Of a stretch of 64,000 nucleotides of DNA, positions 42,006 to 61,755 are shown in pieces. The stretch lies in NCBI RefSeq assembly GCF_009914755.1, contig NC_060936.1. One strand, written 5' to 3'. This DNA is from the human T2T-CHM13v2.0 reference genome, Homo sapiens. The translations under genes were made by a program, and so were the position numbers. The first letter of the stretch is position 1. Each line of letters opens with the position of its first letter. Below the pieces are notes generated by a model. That model had not been told where the DNA came from. It was given only the letters and a program-made list of their open reading frames with translations, and made no database searches.

Positions 42006-45000
42006 AACAGGCTTGTTGAAATTGGAAAATCAGAGCAGGTGACTTAGAAAAATCTGAAGTGGTAGTAAAAAAAAAAAAAAATAGAATACTTGAATTTGAG
42101 CTTTTGGAGGTGACACATCTAGTAGTGATGATAATATAAGGAATGTAATCATGGGCATATGAGCTAAAGGAAAGTAGAAGAAATAATTATTATACATGAG
42201 AAGACTTGAGCAACTGAAAGTGCAAGATCTAAACTCCACATACTGTTTTCAACTCATAAAACTAGGATAACAGAAGTACCTATTGCTAAATATCATTGTT
42301 AAGTTTTAAATGAGGTAATCCATATAAAACAGTAAAAATAGAGTGTGGCATATTCTGAGTTTTTTATATTATCCACTATTTAAAAACATTTTGTACTAAA
42401 TTTGTCTTCTATAATTAAGGCAGTCTTGTTACTCAGAGAGCTTTCTAACCTTATATATACTGTAGATATTTAGATATTTTCCTTTGACCCTGTGCTAGAC
42501 AGCTTTTGAAGTGGGGACAAATGAAATACATGTATATGAGTTTATGCTTTTAAATGTACAGTTAGTCAATAAACTTAGAAATAAATATAGTGTCTGAAGT
42601 TATGTATAAGACAACTATGCATTCTATATATTGTCTACTTCAGTCAACCATAAATAACATTAAGTCAAAAAATATTAAACTTTAAAACTATTTAAAAAAC
42701 ACATAGTGAATTGTTTAATATTCAATACATTCCAAAATACCCCTTTAGATGTAGTCTTCTAAAATAAGCATAATCTGTAAAGGCAGAAAAGTACTAGTGT
42801 TTCCTCTTCAAGTGATTTTGTTCTTTTTAAAAAATATAAAACAGAAAGATAAAAATCAAAACTCCAACTCCACTGAACACTGCAGTATAAATGGATGATA
42901 TGATTTCACTTCACAGTAACTCTTATTCTAAGCATTCTGACCCCAGGTAAGATTAACATATAATTTATGCAACATAGTTCTTAGAAAGATGGCCTAAGAG
43001 ACAGACCTGCTGATTAGATGTGTACTGCCAGGACAGTCTTACATCTTTCTTAGAAGGAATGATTTGTAGTGCAAATTTAGTGCATCTTCAGAAAAGCCCC
43101 TTAGAATTATATAGAAAGATGGACATTCTAAATTGTAGTAGCACAGATTTTAAAAAACCAGAGTAGACAAGGATGTTAGTCATAATCTACCCCCAAAAAT
43201 AAAAGTAGGCAGTTGAAAGAAGGCTACAAATTTTAAATCCTTTCTACTGTGTAAACAGCAATATCTTAGAGCCTTGCATCTCGAAGATCATAACTTAAAC
43301 TTCCCTAGTCATTCCCAAAATCACTAGATGGGTGGGGTGGGAGGGGGAGGGATGGTGGGGGAACCACTGTGAACATTTTTAAATTAGGAATCAATTTGTG
43401 AAAATTAATAGAAATATTTTGGTATTAAATTATCCAGGAGGACTTAGGCATGACAAATTTGGTAATAACTATTTACTGGTGTACATGCTTATTAGCCTGA
43501 ACTGGCCACATTCAGGCCACTAGTTCTGAGGCAGTGGCCTGAATACTACGATCTTTTCCTGGATCTGGAATAAAGAACCATAAATGTCCTGCTCACCCAC
43601 AAGTATATCAGTGTCAGACTGCCAGCTACATTGCCCTCAATCCACTGACAAGGGCATGTTTGAGCCATATTTAAATTTGTAATTGCTTTCTTCATTACTG
43701 ATTTCTTAGAGTTCTCAGCATCATGCCAGATTGGTGACTAGCATGTGACTAAATGCTTGACCCTTGTCTGAGTTATGCAAACTTTCTCATTCCTCTGACT
43801 TTGCTTCTGATTCATCCATTCACCAAATCTTTATTATTAGCCACAAATGTTTTAGGCACTATGTTGGCAAATGAATTTGTAGACATTCTCCATGGCTTTA
43901 TAGAATGAATAGTTTGGGGATCATTATTCAGTTCCTATAGCTTATCTCCTCTGTCATCCTCCTTAGTGGCATATCTTACAGCACTTATCACTACCTTGAA
44001 AACAATACATTTTCCAGTAGATATTTATACAATTAAGGAAACTAAAATAAGAGGTTCAAAGAGCATTAAGAGCATAGAGACTAAAGTTACTGGAAGAAAG
44101 CTCTAAATTACTTTTCTGGAGCTAGCGTTCACCTCTTCTTTCTTATCATTCTCTGAGGCTTGGGAACTGCTATGGCAACAAGAAAATTCCCAAAGGGAAG
44201 GTCATCTGTTCCATATTAGTAATGCTAATGCTGCTCTCCATTAGTTTGGAGAGCCATGTGCTGACTCTGTGAGCAGAGAGCAAAAACCAAACAGAAGTTA
44301 GCATGATTAGGAGTTATTAATTTATTATCAAGACAAAATAGTCTCATTCTTTTTGCTGCTTGCAGCATACATTGACGGCAGGAGTCCAACTGCCTGTCAT
44401 TTATTCTTCCAATGACCCTTAATCTGACTTGAAATTGTTAGTCTTTTCACATTTACTGATTGCATTTTAAGACAAATTAATTTAAGTTAAATAAGGAACT
44501 TTCACAAATGTAAAAAATTGCAAGATATTGATTTATCTCTGGGGTATGTGAATTAATTTGTCTTTGTGAGGAGTTTGATACAGTCTTCTAACTGTACTAT
44601 TGTAATCACTCAGGTTTTAATAAATTTTAAAAAGTGCAATATAATTTAAATGGCTGTTCTGTGTAATTTTCTATCTGAATATATATAAATATAAAATAAG
44701 CTGATATCAATTTATGTCTATTAGGTTATCTGCTTTTGTTAAAAAAAAAAAGCCCAGTTTGCAATGGATTAAATCATATGATGCAATCTTCAAACAAAGA
44801 TTTTTTTAAAAAAACAAAAGAAGGAGGGTAGTAGAATGCAAATAAAATTGGTTATCCCATACCCATTAACCTGTCTCTGTGATTTGTGGCCTCTCCCAGT
44901 GTGGACATTGTACACTGTGGGTGGTTACATAGCAGGATCATCCCTGAAGCTGAGTTGAGTTCAGTGAAGTTGGAAAAGAAGAGAACATTCCCTAGAGAGT

Positions 45001-45497
45001 TTAAGAATGTATCTTGTATACTATGTAAAAGAGGTTCCAGGCACACAGGAGAAAGAGCAGGAATAAGGGATGGCAGAGAAATGAAACAAATAATTTCTAG
45101 ATGAGAATTTGTAAAAGACTGAAAAATAAAGCAGCGTCTATTTTCACAGAACCAGAGATGGTCGAGGTATGTGCAGCAGTAGAAGACTTCAACATTCCAG
45201 ATGGAAATCAGACACATAGTAGTCTCTCTATAAGTATTCATTTCATGAAAGAATAATGTTATTTCAATTATAAGGTTAACCCGGATGGTGGCATAACACA
45301 ACTTTTGCCTAGTGGCCCAAATATAATGTAAGATGATGTAAAAAGCTAAGAACAGTATCTGACACATAGAAAGTTCTATGTAAGTGTCAGCTGTTATTAT
45401 TATAGCTATTTTTTATTATAATTACTATTACTAGTATTACCAGTTTTCTTACTTGGTTTGGAAAAAAAGTAACTTGTCTGGTGAAAACTATGGGCCC

Positions 45498-46274
45498 AAA
45501 CAAGCATATGAAAAAAATGGGAAATGCAAATCAAAGCCACAATGCTATACCATCTTACTCCTGCAAGAAGGGCCATCATCAAAAAATCAAAAAATAATAG
45601 ATGTTGGCGCGGATGTGGTGAAAAGGGAACACTTTAACACTGTTGGTGGGAATGTAAACTAGTACACCTACTATGAAAAACAGTGTGGACATTCCTTAAA
45701 TAACCAAATGTAGATCTATCGCTTGATCTAGCAATCCCGCTACCGGGTATGTACCCAGAGGAAAAGAGGTTAATATACAAAAAAGATATTTGCACATGCA
45801 AGTTTATGGCAGCATAGTTTGCAATTGCAAAAATATGAAACCAGCTCAAAGGCCCATAAATCAACGGGTGGATAAAGAAAATGTGGTATATATACACCAT
45901 GGAATACTACTCAGCCATAAAAAAGGAATGAAATAATGGCATTCACAGCAACCTGGATGGAATTGGAGACCATTATTCTAAGTGAAGTAACTCAGAAATG
46001 GCAAACCAGACACCATATGTTCTTACTCTTAAGTGGGAGCTAAGCTGTGAAGACACAAAGGCATAAGAATGATACAATGGACTTTATGAACTTAGGGGGA
46101 AAAAGTGGGAGGGTGGTGAGGGATAAAAGACTACATATTGGGTACGGTGTATACTGCTCAGGTGATGATGCACCAAAATCTCAGAAATCACCACTAAAGA
46201 ACTATTCACGTAACCAAACACTACCTGCTCCCTGAAAACGTATTGAAATAAAAAATAAATTAAAAAAAAAAAAA
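45498..46274 (+). mobile_element. 5'-truncated L1PB1-like element
   Basis: 3' UTR 'gagctaagctgtgaagacacaaaggcataagaatgatacaatggact..aaatcaccactaaagaact'; polyA; 15-bp TSD gaaaactatgggccc (45483-45497) and gaaaaatatgggccc (46275-46289). Confidence 0.92.
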
Positions 46275-46959
46275 GAAAAATATGGGCCCTCTGAAAGGAG
46301 CTAGGGTTGATCTTGATGGGTGGCTTACAGAAGGAAAATGTGACTATTTGGGGAGTTGTTAACTCTCAGGACACTTACCTATATAGGAAAACCACACTAA
46401 TTTCAACAAGTAGAAAGACTGTACCTGATTTTTCTACTTATAGAATCACTCTGTCAGATATTGAATGGAGATACTTTCTACAATGTGTTAACTTTTTCAG
46501 GTGCTCACTTCTAGGGTACCTTGAGGAAAACAATATATATTATCAATATGAGTAACACAATACTATCCTATATTTATATATTCAAATTAACAATTAATGA
46601 CAAGTTCTCAACTATTTGCAAATAGGTAAGAACTTAATTATCCCTGTTTTAGAGATGTGCAAACCAAGGTTCATAGAGGTTACCTGATTTGATTGGGGGC
46701 AACAATAACTCTGGAGGTACTGAGACTAAAACTAAAATCCTTTGCTACCTAATATTTTATTCTTAGTAATCAACAGATACTTATGAAACATTCTCTAGGG
46801 ACTTTAATCTCATTTGGGAAACAGTTTTTTTTTTTTTTTCTTCACTGATTCAGCCAGAGGAAGAAAAAAGGCACAAAGAAGAGAACACATTTGATATAAA
46901 TTAATTATTTGCAGAATGACAGTTTCCTTTTGTATAAATAAATGATAATAATGATAATA

Positions 46960-47190
46960 ACAGCAGTTAAACATATAGCTCTTACCATGTGCCAAACATT
47001 CTAAGCATTTTACATACATTTGTTTAAACCTCAAAGAAAGCCATGAATGCAGTATTATCATCTCAACTTTACATGTTGGGAAACTAAGGCACAGAAAGGT
47101 CAACTGATTTGTCCACAATCATACAAACAGAAAATGAGAGCACCGGGATTCTAACCCAGGCTAACTCCAGAGTTTGTGCTCTTAGCCATG
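46960..47190 (-). mobile_element. MIR SINE
   Basis: 'cttaccatgtgccaaacattctaagcattttacat..gggaaactaaggcacagaaaggt..gggattctaacccagg'. Confidence 0.75.
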
Positions 47191-47312
47191 AATATGAGAC
47201 CACCAATTCCTTAAACCTGGCATCTGGTATAACATAGTCAGGAACTGATCCTGGGTTCCAGAATACAATTTTACTTTAAGGAAGCCAAATTTTTTTCCTG
47301 GTTATTTTATTT

Positions 47313-47642
47313 CATTTTGTTTTTTATTTTATTTTCTGAAACAGAACTCTGTCCCCCAGGCTGGAGTGCAGTGGCTCAATAACAGCTCACAACAATCTCC
47401 ACCTCCCCGGGTTCAAGCGATTCTCGAGCCTCAGACACATGAGTATCTGGGATTTTTTTATTTTTTATTTTTTGTATTTTTTGTATTTTTAGTAGAGATG
47501 CCCTGCTAATTTTTGTATTTTTAGTAGAGATGGGGTTTCGCCACTTTGCCCAGGCTGGTCTCAAACTCCTGACCTCAAGTGATTCGCCCGCCTTGGCTTC
47601 CCAAAGTGCTGGGATTACAAGCATGAGCCACCGTGTCAGGAC
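47313..47642 (-). mobile_element. Alu (AluS) with a rearranged, duplicated linker
   Basis: Alu dimer in which 'ttttgtatttttagtagagatg' occurs twice. Confidence 0.92.
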
Positions 47643-49950
47643 TCTGATAATTTTATTTTAATTATTTTATATCTTTTCTAAAGAATTGAGTTTTGCATTT
47701 AAATTATTCCAAGTTGGCTAGAACATGTTATATTGTACATATATATCCACAAATGATTTCAAACCATTACAGTGTTTTTGAAAATATTAGATAGTCTTCA
47801 AATATAGGTGTCCATTGGATTAAATAAACTGCAGATTTTATCATGTGAGAAGCCACATGTTTTGTATTATAAAGGCAAGCTGCTACTCAAAAGTACGACA
47901 AGGCTGCTGATATATAGCTCAACATCCAGATCTCTGATTTACCCTTTAATTTATATGACTTAAAAGACTCTTATAAATATAAATTGGGAGCCCACTCTTC
48001 TACTTCAGAGATATGAGAAAGCTGCTGTTTAAATAAATTCACTATTCAACTGTTTCAGCCTATATACCAGCAACTTCATATGATTTCAACTTAATAAAAT
48101 CATGTATGCCAACTTCATTGAGGGCAGAGTGTTTTGTTGTTTTTACTTTTTGTTTCCTGTTATATACCTAGCAGCATCCAAAACAGTGCTTTAACATAAG
48201 GAATAATAAATTTTGTTTAGTTTGTGGAATAAACATAGTCAGTAGAAAAAAATAAAAATTGAGGTTAATTAACAACTTTAATTAGCAATGAAAACAATGG
48301 CTTAGATTGAGCACTCACTGTGTACTAACTCGTCACTGAGTTCAGCACTTCAGCCCTATGAAGCAATAGTATCTATCCACCTTTTACAGTAATTCAAATA
48401 TTTAAGCACTTTCTCAGATTAACAGAGCTAGTAAATTATGCCTTCTTCATATGACAGCTGTCACCATGTCTGCTCTTATCTTACATTTCTTATTTTTTCC
48501 TTTTTTTTCCTGTGTCCTCCTGCCATAATATTAAAAATATATATATAAGGTCAGAGATTCATCTGTTTTGTTTCCTATTTTATCCACAGTATCCAAAATC
48601 TGGCCCCTGGTGGGTACCTTTTGAATAGCTGCTGGATAAATAAATGAATTATAAATTATAAATAAATGAATGAATAAATAAATAAATTACATCTGAGCCC
48701 AGGCCTATTTGATTCCAGTGCCTAACTCTCAATGATTGTATACTGCCTGTGAAACAGAACCATGAAAGGGTCTTACTGAATACCCTCACCCTAAGAGACC
48801 AAAGGTGATCAGGTAACAGTGTCTTTCCCTAGGTTCTCATGGCTAAAGACATTAGAGAAGATGAATGGGGCCCCGTTTTGGAGTCACAGTTATGGGTTTA
48901 ACAATATAGAATAACACCAGCTATCATTGATTAAACCACACTGCAAAGATGGAAACACAGAAGAAAAGCCTGAATTTAAAAAAATCCCTTTATTTATTTA
49001 CAAACTAATTTAATTTAAACTGAAGAACAAAGATACTTTTGCTATTACTCTAGACTTGTGGGTTACTGTATACCATTATTGCTCTTGAGATCTTCCTATT
49101 ATTTCAAAATTGTGAGCTCTATGAAGTTAAAATTAGTAAGGGGATTTGAGTCTCTGTATTTCCCAGTTGGTTTACCTTTAACCTGAATAATTTGCATGCA
49201 CACACTCAGGGTTTTGATGCAGTAATTTTAATGCTAGTTATGAAACGATCAGGTTATAGCACCAAGTTAATAAGTAGAGGCTGCAGTAGTGTTACAACAA
49301 CAGGGCTTTGGTGGCATCCCAAAGAAATCAAAAGCAAAGATAATAATGTTTTGTTAGATTCAAACTGTGTGGTTATTTAGAGTGAGTTTGTTCTATACTC
49401 CTTGTCTAAAGTCAGTCTAGGTATCTCCCTATTCATGTGTTTCTCGATGGCACCTTGCAATTATAATTAACTATGTTCTCCTCTGTGCAATTGCTGTCAT
49501 AGAGCCTCCTTCCAGCTGCTACTTTACAGATAAGTTTGTTTGGAGCCCGATTCCATAGCAAAGAGATTCAAGAAATCATCCATATTAGTTTTGCAAAGTA
49601 ATATGGGCCCCGAAAGATATATATGGGAAAGAAAGCATAAACAAAAATGGAATATATGATATATTATTTATGTGCTTCCCCAGACTGCTATCCATGATAT
49701 CATTCTAACAAACTTAAAGTCGGCATCAAAAAAAAAAAAAACAAAAAACAAAAAAAAACACCTCACTGATATGCTGTGTAATGGTTACCACTTTCTTCAC
49801 ACGACAAGCCAAAGAGGATGTCATCTTTGTTTCCCATCAGAGTAAATGCTAATTACTAATGACTTATTTGCCAAAAATTTTCTAGAATTATTTCTAATCC
49901 TTTTTACAAATATGTAAGTGGCAATAATGTTGCCCATTAAGAAGCAAAGG

Positions 49951-50253
49951 TGCTGGGCACGGTGGCTCACGCCTGTAATCCCAGTACTTTGGGAGGCTAA
50001 GGCAGGCAGATCACCTGAGGTCGGGGGTTCAAGACCAGCCTGATCTACATGGTGAAACCCCGTCTCTACTAAAAATACAAAAATTAGCTGGGCCCGGTGG
50101 TGCATGCCTGTAGTCCAGCTACATGGGAGGCTGAGGCTGGGAGTACCTTGAACCCGGGAGGCGGAGGTTGCAGTGAGCCGAAATTGCACCACTGCACTCC
50201 AGCCTAGGTGACAGAGACAGACTCTGACTCAAAAAAAAAAAAAAAAAAAAAAA
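49951..50253 (+). mobile_element. Alu (AluSp/Sq-like)
   Basis: Full dimer with pure polyA; perfect TSD aagaagcaaagg at 49939-49950 and 50254-50265. Confidence 0.96.
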
Positions 50254-52779
50254 AAGAAGCAAAGGGGTTTTCTTGGATCACATTAATAGGTATGGAAGCC
50301 TAATTTGTCGGACTACAAGGCTTACACTCTAACATTCACTTAAAATGCATAGCAGATAGCTTGTTATTGTTGAGTATCCGGTCTTTTATTTAGTAAGGCC
50401 TGCTTCTAGGTCACATGAAAAACGCGTTAATGAACGCTTTTGGGTGATGTTGATGAGCTTCATGTCTCTCATTTGTGCTTCTTTTCTGAAAATGTACATA
50501 TATTCTGTTTTTATCCTTGTTATGTTTTAGTATATATCTTTCTTTTAATAGTCACATTAGGAAAGAATAAAGAAATAAAGGATTGTCTTTCATGAAGAAG
50601 TAAAATACAACTATATCCAACTGTTTGGAGAGGGGAGTGTGGGTTACCTGTTCATAACACAGCCAGTTCTTCCATTCATTAAGTGTATTCACTGCCTGCT
50701 GTGAACCACACACTTTGCCAGGAAAGATACTGATAAAATTAACAAAACTGTCACATCAAGAGACTCCCTTAGTCTTATGAAAGTAACACTTCATGCTTTC
50801 AAGAAAAACTTATTTCAACATTTAACTAAATATCTGTTATTTTGCATGGTAATATAGCATAGTGTAGCAAAATTTACAGTCTTTGAGCCCAGACAGACCC
50901 AAGATCTAACCACTTCTCTGTTACTCTTTCTTTTATAAGCTCAACTGGGGAAAAATATTCAATTTCCCTAGGTCTCCATAACTTCCTCTGTATTATGGAG
51001 ATTATGGAGTTTGACTGTTCTGATTATTATATCACAGTGTGTGTGTGTGTGTAAAGAAACTGGCACATTACTGATGCTATTGTTATTATTATTGAGATAG
51101 TACTTTACAAAAATTCTAGTAAAACCTTTAAATTTTTTGGCAGTCAACACTGATCAAGGAGTTTTTCAGTGACATCCTTAAATTAAAAAGCGAGGCAGAC
51201 ATAGGGCCCAGAAGTCCTGATCTTACTTTGTTTTGTAAAAAAAAACAGCTGATGGAGATAATATGCCCTTAATCAGGGCTAGGTTCTGATTTTTGTTTTC
51301 TCTTTCTCATCATTATTCAGAAAATCTAAAATTATATCAGAAAATATGTACGGAATGTGAGTGTTAAAGTGATTTTTTAAGTTGACAATGTAATGGATGA
51401 CTCAGTAAGAAAAATGTGGGGATTAGCCAGTTTCTAAGTTGGGAACTCCCTGCCTTTTTATCTGCCTTCCTGGCTTCGTATTAACAAGAACAGGTTAGAT
51501 CAAAACGCTGTAACTGCAGAGGTAATTCACAGCCACACATTATCACTTACATCTTTCTTCTGCTTCAGAGCCCAGAAATGGCAGTCAGCTGATGTTAAAG
51601 GACTCTGGATCATTTGGAACCGTCTGTATAACCTTGATCTCGCCTATCTCAGGGAGCTATTATCACACTATTGTCCCTGAATGAACACTCAATTTCTGAA
51701 GTAGTTTGACTCCTGTGGATTTTGGGGGAGGTCATGCTTCGGGGAGCCATTCTTTCTGAATTAAATCTTCTCATCCTCAGACCCCTTGCTTCCATCATTA
51801 GGAAGCAGAGACCTTGACATATCCACAATGGAGTCTATTAGGTGCTGCCTTTTCTGTAGACATCTTTAAACATATCTTTTACTTTTTGGATTTTCGTTTG
51901 ATAACCCTGATCCCTATCTTTTCTTTTTTCTTGTAATTATTTATATCTGAGATTCAAGCCAGGCTCATTGTGCCATGATACATTTGGATGTAACATGATA
52001 TGATGAAAAGTGATGTTCCAAAATTCTGAATCAATATACTGCACCCAGGCTTGATTGTTAAAGTCAAATTGGATTCTGGGGCTAATTTTTCATTTAAAAT
52101 GCTAATATAAATGGAAGTTCCAATGAATAATAATGTAGCCAGATCAGAAAATTGTTTCTGGGTATAATATTCCCTTTTGGAATTTATTTATTCATTATGG
52201 ACAAATATCAAATTATAACTACGACAATATTTCAGACATTCCCTGGTCTTTAAAAAGTTATGTATTTTTTAAAGAATATGATAAGGAGACCTTAACATAA
52301 GCTGCTTTATAGTGTTTTTGACTACTAGAGGCAATTAAGTTAATTTTTAATATACTTTTTAGAAATGTTATTAAAATACAGTATAGTGTTAAACAATTGA
52401 AGAAAAGAAGGCATTTTTAAGAAGCTTACACTAGATTTATAAAAAATGGTGTACCATGGTTGTAAAGCAGAGACAACTCATTTTCTAACCTACTTTGATA
52501 CCCATACATCAAGTGATTTGGCCACCAACATAAAAACTGCAGGCCACCCGTCTACAAAACATATTTCTCCATTATATCTGGAAAGTCTTTCTCATTATAT
52601 TTGATACAGAACCATAGAACTATGTCTTACAGAAAATCTTCAGTCTTAGTTCACTAACACACATAGTGTGTTTTCTCACATATAGTGTGAGAAAAAACCT
52701 GGAGAAAGTAATCATCTGATATTAAACCAAAACAACTTTTAGAAAATATTTTCACTATTGACATAATAGAATGCTGTAA

Positions 52780-52900
52780 TGAGATAAGTATAGTGAGTGG
52801 AAGAGTCTGGATTTTAACACTCTACCACTAAGCCATGGGTGACCTGGGGCAAATAACTGAACCCCTCTTCACATCAGTTTCCTTATCTCTAAAAATGAGG
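52780..52900 (+). mobile_element. MIR SINE fragment
   Basis: 'ctctaccactaagccatgggtgacctggggcaaataactgaacccctct..cagtttccttatctctaaaaatgagg'. Confidence 0.7.
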
Positions 52901-53334
52901 TTACTCAATAATCATTTTTGCCTTCAATTATATTATACCACATGCTTTTATGTTTTGTCAGAAGGAGAAAGGATTGAGTATTTTTCTCAGGACTTGGAGC
53001 AGGCAGAATGAGGATTTCAGCAGCAATCCTTTGACTCCAGCATGCAGGATTCTCACATCTGTCTTCTCTCACATCTGCCTCCAGTGTACCAGCAAAGATC
53101 ACAGGGGTCAGGTCAAGGTGGCAGTGATCCATGTTCTTACCATGTCACCTGGTTTCATTATTTTCCTTTTTATCTTTCTTCCTTTTGATAATTACCTTCT
53201 CCATTCTAAGATTTAGTTTATAAAAGGGAGAAGTATAAAGATTATCTTACTGATTATTACCTGTCAATCAAGCATAATATTTTGTGTAATTTTTCTTTCA
53301 TAAATAATTGCAAGTGCAAAATACTTAGGCAGAG

Positions 53335-60007
<6,673 letters not shown>

Positions 60008-60410
60008 ACAATGAGATCACATGGACACAGGAAGGGGAATATCACACTCTGGGGACTGTTGTGGGGTTGGGGGAGGGGGTAGGGATAGCATTGGGGGATA
60101 TACCTAATGCTAGATGATGAGTTACTGGGTGCAGTGCACCAGCATGGCACATGTATACACATGTAACCAACCTGCACATTGTGCACATGTACCCTAAAAC
60201 TTAAAGTATAATTAAAAACAAAAACAAAAACAACAAAAAAAAGCAAAAAAAAAAAAAAAAAAAAGCACAGCCTCAGACAGTTTCACTGATGAATTCTACC
60301 AAATGTTTAAAGAAAATGTAACATGAGTTCTTCACAAACACTTCCAATGTAGAAGACAAAGGAATACTCTTCAGTTCATTCTGAATCCAATATTACTTTG
60401 ATACCAAATA

Positions 60411-60475
60411 TAATTGTGATTTTCACCATTACTTTTAATGGTGAAAATCACAGTTACTTTTCCAACAACCTAATA
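60411..60475. mobile_element. MADE1 (Hsmar1-derived MITE), left end truncated
   Basis: Palindrome taattgtgattttcaccatt-actttt-aatggtgaaaatcacagtta, then 'cttttccaacaacctaata' (mariner TIR end plus TA). Confidence 0.88.
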
Positions 60476-61376
60476 CAAAAAAAGAAAATCACAGACAGAA
60501 ATACAAAATATATTAATGAAAATATTACTCAACACTAAGAGACAGAATGGAACTTTCTCAACTTGAAGTAGAACATCTACAAAAAACCCATAGCAAGCAC
60601 AATACTTAATAATAAAAGATGGAATATTTGCCCCAGGAGGGAAAACAAGACAACAATGTTTACTTTCATTCTATTCAAACTTATGTCTATTCAACCATTA
60701 TATTGGAGGCTCTAACCAGGACAATTAATCAAGGAAAATCAATAAGATACATACAGATTAGAAAGGACATAAAACTATACCTATTTGCAGATGACATAAT
60801 ATCAAAAATAAAAAATCGTAAGTAATCCATGAAAAACTATTAGATTTGTAAATGAACTCATCAAGTTTTCAGGACATAAGTTCAAAATATGAAATTCAGC
60901 TATATTTTTAAATACTGGCATGAAAAGTCTAAAATTTAATTTTAAAAGCAGTTCTATTTACAATAGCATCAAAAAATAAGACTATGACAAGCTTAACAAA
61001 GGTAGTACAAACTTGCACACTGAAATACAGAATGATGGAGAGGGCTGCATTGGACTTAATATTAAGAAGGCAATATTCTCCAAATTGTTCTGGATGTTTA
61101 TAACAATTCCTATCAAAAATTCTGCTGGCTTTTTTTGTAGACATTGACAAACTGATCTTAAAATTCATTTGGAAGTTCAGAAGACCTAGAATGGCCAAAC
61201 CCTGTAGAAAAATAAAACAAAACAAAATTAAAGAACTTATACTTCCATATGTCAACACTTTTTTACAGTGCTGGAGTCCTCAAGACAGTGTGTTATGGCA
61301 AGATCAAAGGAATAGAATTAGGAATCAAGGAATAAACCCTCACATTTATTGCTTTTCAATTGTTTTTCAACATGGG

Positions 61377-61755
61377 TGTATTTTTTGTGCTTCTATAACA
61401 TAATTTCCAAGACTTGGCAATTTATAAACAATGGAAATTTATTTGTTAAGTTCTAGAGGCTGGGAAGTCCTAGAATAAGGTGCCAGCATTTAGTATCTGG
61501 TGAAAGCTGCTCTCTAAGATAGAGTGTTGAGGCTGACTCCTCACATGGCAAAAAAGATGCATGCCATGTCCTCACATGGTGAAAATCAGAAGAATAAAAA
61601 AGATTTGGCTAGTATCTTTAAAAGATGTTAATCCCATCCATGAGGACAAAGAGCCATCATGTCCTTATTGTCTCCTAAAGGCTCTTAACACTTTTGCATT
61701 GCAGATTAAGTTTCAGATGAATTTTGGAGGGAATGCAGGCATTCAAATCATAGCA
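61377..61755 (+). mobile_element. ERVL-MaLR solo LTR (MST/MLT1A-like) nested in L1M
   Basis: 'aatttataaacaatggaaatttattt..ttctagaggctgggaagtcc..gaattttggaggg..cattcaaatcatagca'; TSD-like ggtgt/gatgt. Confidence 0.82.

Noticed and set aside
44852-45367. 171-aa minus-strand ORF
   Set aside because: No recognisable domain, composition typical of random AT-rich DNA, and it overlaps MIR-like sequence.
48598-48618. CTCF-like motif (ccaccaggggcc, minus strand)
   Set aside because: Mismatch in the core and located in a decayed L2-like 3' end.
49727-49760. Orphan A-rich tract
   Set aside because: No element body, polyA signal or TSD found; treated as low complexity.
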